Assembly (NCBI RefSeq): GCF_009834535.1
Contig: NC_045696.1
Location: 15,068,001 to 15,132,000, forward strand
Length of the DNA: 64,000 nt
From: Camelus ferus
Taxonomy: Eukaryota
Direction of reading: 5' to 3'
This document shows, in pieces, positions 1-12,330 of this stretch. Each line of letters starts with the position of its first letter. The stretch's first letter is position 1. Both the position numbers and the translations under genes were made by a program. The notes under the pieces are model-generated. The model was not told the DNA's origin. It did no database searches and saw only the letters and a list, made by a program, of their open reading frames with translations.

Positions 1-9
1 AATACTGCA

Positions 10-68
10 CTAGGAAGAAAAAAAACATGAACAGACCAATTACCAGCAATGAAACTGAATCAGCAATT
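10..68 (+). mobile_element. L1 ORF2 fragment (window edge)
   Basis: gaagaaaaaaaacatgaacagaccaattaccagcaatgaaactgaatcagcaatt resembles the L1 ORF2 segment encoding NRPITSNEIESVI. Confidence 0.6.
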
Positions 69-249
69 GCCTTTTAATTGTCTTCTAATGGAATCTTGGT
101 CTTCTGTTACACCCAGCCTCAACTCCACAGGGTACTTTGCTATAGGAATTATTTTGAATGTCTGGTGGTTTTTCGCTTTTGTTTTTGTGCTCGCTTGCTT
201 GTTTCAGAGCCTACAAAGATCCCTTAATGTCACTTATATTACATTAATC

Positions 250-1410
250 TATAGTTTTCATAATAATGAATGAAAATTTCCTCATCCCAACATTTTTCCC
301 CGAAAGCTGCTCTATATGAGCATTTGGTCTCAGTGTGTCTGGGTCCTCCTGTACCACCCCCAGACCAGGGTGACTGACTATTAACTCTTGACCACTGGCT
401 CATGCTTTGACTTCCTACATGGAAATTCTTCCGCATATCCTCTTGACCGTCTGTTTTTGTGTTTTCTTCAAAGCCTAGCTTAATTTTCATTGTTTCATAC
501 AGCTTTCGGTTAATAGTCTGGCTATTTATATCTCTCTGCTTTCTGATTATCATGCCTTTTTACGCATCATATACGTTCCTTGAGTGCTGTCTCTGTCGCA
601 GCATTTTCTCAGCTATATTCTTATCCGATCTTTATAAGATGTTCTTTGTATCAATCCCAAATATCGATTACCACTTCCTTCTTTGTAATTCCTATTGTTA
701 ATACCAAAATCCAAGTTCTTTTAACCTTTTCCAGAAACTATCACCACTGGCCTCCTCATGTTCAGTATCCGGTTTCCTTCAAATTCATTCTAAACATGAT
801 CGCTAAATTTCTCTTTCTAAAGCTAAAACTATGTCATTTAAAAAAAAAAAAGAAATCTATTCATCGCAACACTAGCACACTTGGTGGTCTCGTACCTGTT
901 GATTAAAAATCTCCTTTGGTTTTGAACCCCAGATATTTTTTTAATGTTCTCCAAATTTCTAAAAATAATAATAAAAAAAACCCTCCCAATATCTAAGCCT
1001 TAGAATTCTACTCTTTAAAATCATCTGTCAGCAGGCTTTTATAGGTTATTTTATTTAATCCTCTGATAGTCTCTGCTTCTGGGATTTGGTCCTACATTTT
1101 TCCTTAGTTACACATATTTAGTCACTCAAGCTCTTAAGTCAGGATTAATCCAATTTCCTCAGAAGGATGCTTTTCTCTCCTGTAATGTCCCACGTCCATT
1201 CTCCCTGAATGCTACTGCAATCCTGATTGTCCCAGAGCACCTCTTTTTGATTCTCTAATAGCACTTCTCATTCTGGGCTTGGTTTCACGGCTGTGTGATT
1301 ATCTGTCTCTTGCTTCCAGTAGATGACAAATGACTCAGAGCTTACGTATGTGTCATCCCTACAGCCCCACAGAAGACGGACGTGTACTGTGCAAATGACA
1401 AAACTGAATA
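250..1410 (+). mobile_element. Degenerate L2 LINE 3' region
   Basis: Pyrimidine-rich L2-like motifs (aaattcattctaaacatgatc...tttctaaagctaaaactatgtcat), ending in an L2-like tail near 1410. Confidence 0.5.
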
Positions 1411-2384
1411 ACCATTTTCATCCAAATACATTATTCCAGATTTTTAATATTCAGCTGAAATTGTATGCTTTCATCATTAGAAAGCATATTATAGCTCAAT
1501 CTACTGCTTACACTGATAATAAAATAATCTCTTTAAAATGTTTGCTGAGTGGCAGACACTGGGTATTAAGAGCATAATTATAATCATGACAAATTTCTTA
1601 CAGTTGAAGAGCTCCATCTATAATGAAGGTGACAAAGTGCTACCTGATAATGTCAAGACACATAAAAAGGTTAAATGCAAAGAAAGGGCAGAGGAAAACA
1701 AAGACGACCAAAGAGGGAGAGGGGAGAGGTGTAATGTTGCTTTAAGTATGATCATCTTGAAGGACGAAGTCCTCTGCACTACTATTACATATTAGCTGAG
1801 GATGAACCAAGAACTATTTTTTTAAATACCAAATGTCAAGTGTGTGCCTTCTTTCTTTCTAATACTAATTTCTCTGCTATGCTTATGTGCTTGCCTCTCC
1901 ATGTACACTTTTAAGATAAAATACTAACCTTTCTCCTTCCGATTAGATTTCCTTCTATTGAACATACAGGAAGCTAAGAATTTTCATCTTCCCCTTGTGA
2001 GTTCCTTCTTCAGCTTCTGAAATTGAAAGCATCCATAATTATAAGCTTCCTTCATGGTCTCGATGACAAGGATGGGCATTTTTCAAGTTAAAAAAAAAAT
2101 CATCTGACTGGAGAAATGTCAAACCTAGAATTCAATCTCTAAATTATAGGCTGCCCACCAATTCTTGTATTATTGTTTGCTCTTCTCTCCAGCTAACACC
2201 TTTCATGGGGGCATTTTTTTTTTCTCTGAATGTGAAGTAAATAGAGTGGATGTATGAACCCCCTGGATGGAACAGAAGCTATAAGACTGCGTATTTTGTG
2301 GATCAGCTCACCGGGATATTCTAAATGCTCATTCGAGCTCCTAGTTACCTTCTAGATAGAGTAAGTAGATGGTAGGTGTGGTTT

Positions 2385-2490
2385 TGAGGGATGGGTCTAA
2401 GGAGCCAGCTGGCCTGGATTTGTGTCCTGACTCTGCCTCTTGCCGACTTAACCTCTCCCTGCAAAACACTTAACTCCTTTCTGCTACTGC
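2385..2490 (+). mobile_element. MIR SINE fragment
   Basis: ggagccagctggcctggatttgtgtcctgactctgcctctt...cacttaactcc matches the MIR core. Confidence 0.65.
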
Positions 2491-4516
2491 ATATTTTGCT
2501 TGTCTGACAGACTTTTGAGATTTCATTGATGGATAACACTTACACCCTGGCTCATAATAATCATTTAACACATTTAAACTATTTTTATTGTATTCATATG
2601 TCAGGTTCCTGTTTGCTAGAATTATCATCCAGATTCTTCTTCTTCAATATATAGATAGTTGAAGCTATGAATAGTTCTCCCGGGCTTTTCTTAGCTCTTG
2701 CTTCCTGAGAATGAGCTGCCACATTTAGAGCAATGACTAAATAAAGAGTTCATGTTTCTCTCAGTAAAATCAGTTTATTCGTATCTTCCACAGACCATCT
2801 TATGGCCTGTTTGCTTTCATTCTATAAAGAAAATGTTAACTTTTGCTTAAAATCTGTTCATTTCTATTAGTGTTTATTATTATTTATACATGTTTATTTA
2901 TTTATGTCTGCTTGTTTGTGCCTCTTGTTGAATTGAGTGAATTACCTGAATGGCTGTTTCTGCATGGTTCATGTAGGTGATAATACACTTTGAATAAATT
3001 TAGAAGCAGAAAGTAAGTCATACTCAGTCTTGCAGAGCAAAGGACAAGTTATAGTTCTGCAAGTTAGAAACCCTTTGGCACAGATAGATAATTTACCAAA
3101 GGGGGAAAAAAAAGTTCACATTTTTCTTGGATGGCTCAGAAAATATATATTTTGAAGTTCTGAGTTGCCGCTTTCGTATAAATTTAGACCTACATGAAAA
3201 ATGTACATTTCATTTGGGACAATCTAATTTGTGAACATATAAAATGATATTTAACAATTTTCTCCCTTATTGCTGCAACTCACTTAGAAAAGAAAACTAT
3301 CTTGTTTCTCCAAGAAAAATATTTTCTTCAAGAAAGATTTAACAAAAATGCTGTAGGATGGCAGCATTTTTATGTAATGTGTGAACTCTACGTGTTTTGT
3401 AAGCTCAGATGTTTATGGTGTGGTAAGAATGTTAAACCACAATTCATAAAATGGAAGAGCTAATGGAAAATCTCACTTATATTTCTGAAACCAGCCAACT
3501 GTTTAGACTTACATATTTCAATTCATAAGTCATAACCCAGCATCACATAATTCTGTACATTGCACATATTTTCAGTGGAAAAAAATGTGAGCATCTTCCC
3601 TCATAGAACTTATTCAAAATTAAAAACAAGGCATAATGTGTAATTTTTCTATTGGAAATGTAACAATCACACCATACTTGAACTTTATTTCAATGATAAT
3701 GGTATATTTACTACTCTTAGAATGGATAACAATGGACATCTGGAAGCTCTTTTCCCAATATGATATTAAATAAAAGAAAGTTTTATATGCACAGAAAAAA
3801 TAAACCTGAAATCTTAAAGCATTAATGATACTTTGCTCTAATGAAGAAGATCATGAGATGTTACCTTATAATTTATATATTTTAGCATTTTTAAGTCTTT
3901 TTAACTTGAACTTATGTTACTTTAGAAATTGGGGTAGCAGAGGATGCAATGTTACTCTTTCTAAAATGTATTTTATTCTCTCATATCATCTCAGACTATG
4001 TGCACATAAGGATATAAACCTAACATTTGAGAGTATGTAGTTGTCTCTCACTATGTGAAAGAAAGTCAATCCATCAACAAAGAACTTTCAGTCAAGCCAG
4101 ATGTGATCAAAGGCAAAATCTCTGCTAAGGACTGATGAAAAGTGTTTAAATTTAAAGAACTGATGACATGTACACTACTTAATCATCTTTTAAGGAAACT
4201 GTAATACATTTTCAATCAAAACTTCCTAGGTCTTGATTCAATGCCTTTCTTATTAGAATGTCTTAAGAGCCTACATGAACTCATTAACTTTAGTTGTTTG
4301 CTTGTCACATATCAATTCAGCTATTATCTCAGCTAAAGTTACAATAGTGTGGAACTAATTACCTGATATTAATTTCTTGCTTACATGTTAGCAGGTAAGC
4401 TCCAGAAATATTTTCCTCCTCTTTACTTTCTTTGTTTTGAAATTGGAAGTCTGCTTGCTTTTCTGAATGAAACCAGTAAGAGTGGTTGGAAGCTCCAAAA
4501 GGAGTGGATGCTTTTT

Positions 4517-5021
4517 TTGTTTGTTTCATTGAAGTGTAGTTGATTGACGATGTTGTGTTAGTTTCAGGTTTACAGCAAAGTAATTCAATTATACATATAT
4601 ATGTATGTGTATATATATGTATTCTTTTTCAGGTTCCTTTCCATTATAGTTTATTACAAGATGCTGAATATAGTTCCCTTTGCTATACAGTAGGTCCTTG
4701 TTGTTCATCTATTTTATATATAGTAGTGTGTATATGTTAATCCCAAACTTCTAATTTATCACTCTTCTTTCCTCCCTTTTCCCTTTGGTAACCATAGGTT
4801 TGTTTTCTATGTCTATGAGTCTGTTTCTAGTTTGTAAATAAGTTCATTTGCATCATTTTTTTTAGATTCCACATATATATCATATGATATTTATCTTTCT
4901 CTGTCAGACTTACTTCACTTAATATGAAATTCTCTAAGCCCATCCATGTTGCTGCAAATGGCATTATTTCATTCTTTTTTATGGCTGAGTGATATTCCAC
5001 TGTTTGGATAAAGAAGTTGTT

Positions 5022-5052
<31 letters not shown>
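4517..5052 (-). mobile_element. Cetartiodactyl-type L1 3' end with short 5' inversion
   Basis: T-rich tail followed by the L1 3'UTR in reverse (gaatatagttccctttgctatacagtagg...ggctgagtgatattccactgt). A forward-oriented L1 piece follows at 5005-5052. TSD tgcttttt at 4509-4516 and 5053-5060. Confidence 0.9.

Positions 5053-5054
<2 letters not shown>
5024..5054. repeat. (GT)n microsatellite
   Basis: Uninterrupted GT run. Confidence 0.97.
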
Positions 5055-5056
<2 letters not shown>

Positions 5057-5184
5057 TTTTAAGACCTAGGTCAGAATTTATACACCAGTACTGGCTACAC
5101 TGGAGAAGTGTATCCCTTCTATAAAGGTGGAGTTGGAGAGTAAAGAGTAAATTTTGGTAAATGGTGATGACTGTACCACAGCTG

Positions 5185-6200
5185 TGTCTGCCAAGATGCT
5201 AGGGATCAGAGATATAAACAACACAGTGTCATATGATAAATGTTGAAGATTAGAGTTATATGGAAAATGTGGAAACAGAAAGTCAAAGATTACCTTCTTT
5301 TGGGAGAGTTGGGAAAATCTTTATGGGGTCAATAATGTTAGAACTAATTCTGGAAAAAATGTATGAGTTCGCAAAGAGAAGAGATAGATGAGACCATTAC
5401 AGTCAGAGGGCACAACAAAAATGGAAATACAGAATCACAGAAGACATTACTTTAATAAAACATGCACAGTATAAGAATTAAGAATAGATTGCCAGGGGAA
5501 AAGTGGCAGGGCTGGGACTGAAAATGCAGGTTTACAGAGAATTGTAAAAGATCATGACTGTAATGCTAAAACATTTGAAATTTACTCTGTGGGTTATAAG
5601 AGGTATATGAGTTACCTTATACTGTATACCAATCTATCATAGAACAAAGTGGCTTAAAGCATCACTGCTTATTCAGCTAATGACTCTGTGGGTCAGCAAT
5701 AGGGATTAGGTTTAGGGAGGTAGTTCTTCTGATCTCAGTTGGGCTCACTTACGTGGCTGCAGCAATACTGGGTATAGGAGACTGGTTTGATTAGGGGCCA
5801 CAGGAAATCTCATCCTTCAGTGGATTAGCCCAGGCTTATTTACATGGGGAAGACAGAAAGGTCCCAGGTGAGTGGGTAAGACTGTTAAGGCCCCGCAAGT
5901 CCTAGATTTGAGACCCACACATTGGCATTTTTTACTTCATTCCATTGGCCAAAGCACGTCGTAAGACCAGACCAGGGACAAAGGACTCCAATTCCTCATT
6001 GTAAGATCTTGGAAGCCACATTGCACATGGAATGGAAACTGAAAGGAGTGAAAGATTGAATCCATATTTGCAATTTACCAAGAAGGACTTTTGAATGATT
6101 TTATTGGTACAGCAGATGTAAATGGTGTGCTGGATTTATTTTGAATCTCATTATCTGGCTTCTAAGTAACCAAACCTTGAAAGAAGAAAAAGCCAAGGTA
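5185..6200 (-). mobile_element. L2 LINE remnant, interrupted by an MLT1 LTR
   Basis: L2-like motifs (ccaagatgctagggatcagagatataaac; gctaaaacatttgaaatttactctgtggg) resume after 6081. Confidence 0.55.
5604..6081 (-). mobile_element. MaLR solo LTR (old MLT1 subfamily)
   Basis: gtggcttaaagcatc...ctctgtgggtcagcaat...ccattggccaaagcacgtc...tttgcaatttacca matches reverse MLT1. Confidence 0.8.
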
Positions 6201-8339
6201 TATAGAAACTGAAAATATTACAGCATTTCTAAGGGTAGTTATAAGAGATCATTATGTAAAAATTCTTCCTGAGGGATTCTGTAACCATGGCTCACCAAGG
6301 CAAACCATTCCTCTTGCATCTCCCATTGGCCAAGAAGACAGCATTTCCAGTTTAAAAAAAAGAAAAAAATCCCTCACCTCATGTCACATGCTGGTAATAT
6401 CACTAAATAAAAATTAATTTCAAATAAAAAGTACTTCCTTTAAAAAATCTTTGTGAATATTTAAAAAGATACCCAATATTTAGATATGAATCATATTTAG
6501 CATTAATCGGAATAGCAGCATAATTTGGGAGCCGTGTATTGGACAGCGACTGGTAGGACAATGAACCTGGTTTTGAGATACTAGTAGGAGTGTGAATTCG
6601 GTGTTGAGTCTCTGCACTGTTTACTGTGGTTATGTCCTAGAAATGGAGGGAAGTAAGGAAAAGGAAGATCCCCAGCTGAGACAGAGAGGGCATCACTCAC
6701 ATCACTGTTAAGACAATTTCTCTTTAAATGGGCCAAGGCTGAGTCCCAAGGAGTTGCTAATAAGACTGTAAAAGGGAGTGGATGGAGCCAAAGGGGCATA
6801 ATGACTTCGGCCCTTGATGTGGCCAGCTTTACTTCCGAGATGCTTTTGAATTTTCAATGACGGTTCTTTCCTTGGATGAAGCTTTTAAGAGATTTATGCC
6901 ACTTCCAGACGTAGCCTGTCTTGTTTGTTTTGATTTTTCTCTTCAGGATACCTCTCTCTATACTTTTAAATAAACTACTGTGTGTGTTGGGCAAGATCAT
7001 ATGTTGGTAGTGGCCTCCCTCCTCTCAACATAACACTGTAATTTGAACACAGAACGCCTGGAAGTCAAGCTGAGCCGCATTCCTCCCTATGTATTTATTA
7101 ACAAGCATGCATACATAGAAAGTTGAGAGAGTCTTCTGAGAGAAAAGAGAATGGTACAACATATATGTTTATATATGTGGAGATTCTTATATATCAAAAC
7201 ACATTTTAAGGGAAGAAGTGCTTTAATTGAAGGTTACAGGAAGTGAATATAATCATCATCTAGAACCAGTCTTTTGAAGGGAATCCTGGTTCTGGGCAGA
7301 GGATGGAGACCACACATTTTGGGAAAAATACTGCATGTTTTGGAACCAGTGTGTCTTAATCATGGGCCCTTTGAAAAACAAGATAGTAATGATTTGAGGA
7401 AAAAAAAAACTGTAAAAGCCTACATGCAATAGTTACAAGAGGGATTGCCATTTGTGGACCAAAGATTTGAATGCAACTTTGGAATACAAAGAGTAGTTGG
7501 TGTCTTTTTGATGGAAAAGCCAAAGCAGAGAAAAAAGCAACCTGGACCAGGAATGAGAAAAGAATGAAAGGATGGTAGGTATCTTTCTTCTGTGTGGATT
7601 TTCAGAGAGACTCTAAACTCTGAGCTATAATTTATTGTCCATACAGAGACACTTCTGAGAGTAAAATGGTACAACAAGCATAAACCAGGGCTTTCCTGAG
7701 CAAACAGGGACATGTGGGCACAGTGCTCAGAGACAGCTTTCTAACAGAGCACAAAGGCGTGCTGCGGGTAGTAACTAGAGAGCTGATGGAAAAAGTCGCT
7801 GAGAATAGCTGCAGACCTGGACTCCTTCCTCTCCTTCCCCTAAAAGGAGAGCCCATTGCCAACTTTGTTCTAGCCAAAGCCTTAACATTTATCATTTTCT
7901 AATCACGTGAAGGATTTGCCTGAGACACATGCTTCCTGTTCTCTAATCAAGTAGGAGGAGGTGTGAATTAAAGAAAGATGGAATCACCAACAAGGACAAA
8001 TAACTCTGGGTACGTTCAGGGCAATATTTAGATAGAAGACCACATAGGAAAGTCTGGAATTCCTGCGTAAGGACTACAAAGAGGATTAAAGTTGTTATAT
8101 TTGAGGTATGAATGAAAATATCACTTCATTATTACTTATAAATTGGTAAACACTAGACGGTCTCATCACAATTCATCAGAGTTCTTGCATGTGGGTTTCT
8201 AGGGACTGGGTAGATGGTAGGTGTAGCATGTCCAGAAAGTCAATATTCCTTGGCGTGCTGGTGGGAAAGGAGAAGGAGGCATATCAAACATAAGGTGTAT
8301 TTCTAAGAATGGTGCCCTGAAACTAGAGGTTATGTTGTG

Positions 8340-8378
8340 AATAAAATAAAAATAAAACAATAAAATAAAAAAATAAAA
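8340..8378. repeat. (AAAAT)n simple repeat
   Basis: Directly visible. Confidence 0.85.
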
Positions 8379-10039
8379 TCTTCATGAACATAATCACACT
8401 TGGCTGTTTTACAAATATCTAAAAGAGATCAACCAGGTCAGAGAAAGAACTATTATTATACTTGGTGGAGTGGATAGACGTCTGAGAAGATGTTGATCTG
8501 ATGCCTGTGGTCTGGCCAGAGGAAGGAGCCACAGCAGGGACGGGGCAAGGACTTTCAGCCAGGATGTGCATACAAAGAAGATGTGAATGAAACAGCACAC
8601 TCTGCACAGTAGGTTTGCTCAGGCCAAGTCTTGTCTCCTCAATGTCCTTGAAGTCCCAGAGGTGGGGGAAGAAAAAGATCATATTTGTAAGAATTTCAGA
8701 TAGTATCAGGCCCTAGTATTTTATTAATAAAGAAAGGAACCTCCTTTGTTAATAAGAGAGGAACCCCCACAACCTGCCTGATACTGCATCCTGCTTTAGG
8801 TGTGAGAAGCTGAATGAGAACCAGGAAACGAATGCAGGTGAGCAGGTTTCTGTCTTGCAGCTGTAGCTACATCCTGGAGCAGAGGGAGGCTTCCTCTGCT
8901 TAACCTGCCCCCCTTCAACCATCCCCTGACAGTGAGCCCTGTTTTCAGAAGGTTTCCCTTTCTCTTTCCTTCTCTCCTCTCCCCTCACTTGCTGAAGGTC
9001 TAGAAGCACATAGGCAGTGTGCAATAATGCATGCACTTCCATCTTGGATACTAATGAACCAACTCATGGGGAAATAAATTTCAATTATCACAGCAAATAA
9101 GTTGAGCAGTCCCTGATTTCACACATTTGAGCTACTCTATTTCTCTTCATGTGGTGCCCAAAATTAGAAAAACATCGCTAATCCAGAATATGTGAATCAG
9201 CAAGAGGATCCGGTGAGGCACATTTTCTCACACATGTGAAGTCAGTGAATTCATTCACCTGGTACTTCCGGTCTCCCATTTAGACTTAACCATCCCCTCC
9301 CCAAGAGCTGTGTCAGGGGTTTTAGCTTTTCCTCTTTCAGTTTTATTGTTTTAAGACCTTCTTCTCACCTTTAAGCAAACATTTCCACATCCTGCTTCAT
9401 GAAGACACGCCTTTGGAGATAATACCTGGAAATTACAGTTATTTTGTGTCATCAGTCTTAACATCTGATATATCAGCTTATTAATTTTTAGGATATGATA
9501 ACAAAAAGTGGTAAATGCAATGAACATTGGTACTCATATGTGACTTTTTAAATAAGATATGAATTATTTAAATTGGTTTAGTTTTTGTTAAGTTTTTTTT
9601 AACAATTGCTCTCTATAATTGGTTAATTAGACTACATAAGTAAATTACAAGGACATCTCATTAAATGACATTTCAGCAAAAAAAGGCAGAGAACGAATAA
9701 TTACTGAATGTGCCAAACATACCACTAGCTTCCAAGCTCAATTCTTTATTTGGAACAAGTTTAATTTACCTCTTTATTCAAGTGCAGAAAAAAGTACCTT
9801 ATAGTTATTAAGAGACAAAGAATTAGTTTGAACTCAGAGATCTGTGGACCTGAAATATATGCTTTTTCCATTACAGCTTGTTCTGTTTACTTTCAAAGAC
9901 TAGTGTTAACAAAATGCAGCCACTGCAGCTATCGTAAAAGTGGGCCATTTGAAAAAATTAATTTCATATCTCTCAGATACGAAGCTTTATCCTGTGTGCT
10001 GTTGGAATGCTTTTCTCCTGAAACCTTCTAAATGCTCTA

Positions 10040-10207
10040 TGGTGCTAATACTAGGAGATGAAAACCAGAGTTCTAGTCTGACTCTGTCATTAAGTTACTG
10101 AACCATCTTGGGCATACCACTTATTCACTCAACACCCCATTTGCTCATCCCCAAGTGGGGGACAGAATTAAATTAACTTTAATGCACTTCTAGCTTTAAA
10201 ATTCTTA
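10040..10207 (+). mobile_element. MIR/MIR3 SINE
   Basis: gagttctagtctgactctgtcattaag...cttgggcataccactta...cttctagctttaaaattct. Confidence 0.7.
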
Positions 10208-10759
10208 TATAATATATAACATAGTTTTATATGTATATAGTTATAATATATAACATAGTGTCTTTTTCACATTTTATTTTAAACCTTAGCATAGCAGAGG
10301 AAATATTTTTACGTTTTTGAAAAACATACTGGTTTTTCTTATGGAAAAAAACTAGATCTAAAATGAGAATCTTCTCCAGTGACCAAAAAAATATATAGGT
10401 TTGAATATAAGGACATTGGTGTGATAATGATTCTAGCTAACTTGAGTAGATGGCAACTTTTTGATGAAAGTTGATCATAGCATAGATCTTAATAGAATGT
10501 AGACTTTCCTGTTAACTTGATAGAATAACTTTTCAAGCAGACAATGAGTCATTTTGCTTATAAATGGTGACCATCTACTTTATCACTATATGGGAAACCT
10601 CACACTCACACATCATTAGTCACTAGCTTGTTTATATATTTGTGGATTCATTTCACAAGTACTTAAGGATCTTTATTCAATTTTTTCACCCTAAGCAGTC
10701 CTTTTTAATCTTTTTTCGTTTGCCTCTTATCTAGATTTTGTACAATAAAGGGTGTATGT

Positions 10760-11700
10760 CACTTGTTTTTTCTCACCCAAATTGAGATTTTCCTGGTTTT
10801 TCACATGCTGAGTAATTTTGGATTGTATTATAGACAATAGAGATTTGAATAGCATCCAGTTTCTCATCAGAAAATATAGAGACCCAAAGGAAATAGAACA
10901 GTATATATTTAAGTGCCAGAAGAAAAGATTGCCAACCCAGAATTTTATATCCAGTGAACATACTATTAAGGAATGAAGGATAAGCAAAGATATATCCATA
11001 TAAAGAAAAACTCAGAAAATTAATAGTAGATATTCACTAAAAGAATTATTAAAGGAACTTGTTTAGACAGAGTGTAATTTTATCAGAGGGAAATGTGGAA
11101 CATCAGTAATGAAAGCAGAGCAACAGCAATGATACTGAATAAAAGTTACAGACTATTATCTTCTTGATTTTTTAAAATGTGTTTGACAATGAAGGAAATT
11201 TATGACATTGTTGATGAGATTTTCATCATATGCAGATGTAATATATACGACAATTCAAAACAGAAATAGCAGGGTAAAGGATCTTCAGTGCTGGTAAGCC
11301 TTCTGCATTCCACTTGAAATGGCAAAGTATTCATTGTAATTGAGCATCAAAAGTTAAATATGTATATTATAACCCTAGAGCAAGCACTAAAAACTACAGA
11401 AAGAGAGATGTAGTTAAAAACACAATGATAAATTAAATCGAATGGGGAAGAAAAGTTCAAACGACACTTTAAAAAAAGAAAAAAGAAATAACAGAGGGAA
11501 CAAGCAGAAAACAAATAATAAATTGCAGCTTTAAATTCAAACATTTTAATTATACTAAATATAAATGGTTAAATATATCAATTGAAAGATAGGTGTCTGA
11601 TGGAAAATGATACGTCATATATATGCAAACAATAATCAAAAGAAAGCTGGATTAGCTGTTTATATCCAGCAAAGCAAACTTCAAAGCAAAGAAAATTGCC
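10760..11700 (+). mobile_element. Old L1M fragment (ORF1 3' end, inter-ORF region, ORF2 start) with an inverted 5' piece at 10760-10838
   Basis: ttctcatcagaaaatatagag...caacccagaattttatatccag is the ORF1 end. atgcaaacaataatcaaaagaaagctggattagct is the ORF2 endonuclease start. 10760-10838 is reverse L1 5'-region sequence. Confidence 0.85.
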
Positions 11701-11959
11701 ATATATCTGCATTAGAATGTCACGCTATCACACTAAAAGTATCATGAAGTTACCAATGACTGCTCTCCAACCCAAACCAGGTATAATGGAAAAATATATC
11801 AAACAATTGTATAGACATCAAACTGAGATACATGATTTGACAAAGAAGATGACAAAACATAGACTACAAAAATGCCTTCACAAGCACAATTCTATTTTTA
11901 TTAACATCTTCAAATAGATTTTTTCCCCAAGAATCTCGAAGAACACACTAAGAAAGATA

Positions 11960-12330
11960 TTTTAAATTTTTGAGCCAACATTAGATTATGTTATCTGAAA
12001 CTTGTCTTTATCGCTTAATAATATATTGTGGATATACCTTCAATTCAACTGCTATAGGTGTAATTAATTATTTTTAAATGGCTTTACACTGTGTTTGACA
12101 GTGAAGGAAATTTATGACATTGTGGATGACACTGTGAATGCACTGTAATTTGTTCCACTTTTCTCTTACAATGAGTGAACATTTATTTTATTTCTTTCTT
12201 TTCCATTATGAACAATATTGTAATAAATATTCTTGCACATTTGTCCTCTCAGAGTTACTCTAATTCCTATAAGGTAGATTCTGAGGGATACAATTTTGAG
12301 TATGTAGAGGTAACTTAAAAAATATTTTTA
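11960..12330 (-). mobile_element. L1ME-like 3' fragment
   Basis: cttaataatatattgtggatatacc...ttccattatgaacaatattgtaataaatattcttgcacat matches the reverse L1M 3' end. Confidence 0.65.

Noticed and set aside
6920..6976. Strong acceptor (tttttctcttcag|G) followed by AATAAA
   Set aside because: No linked donor or ORF, and both motifs are common in AT-rich DNA.
10208..10259. 18-bp direct repeat tataatatataacatagt
   Set aside because: Low-complexity AT slippage product. It is not a CRISPR-like or functional array.
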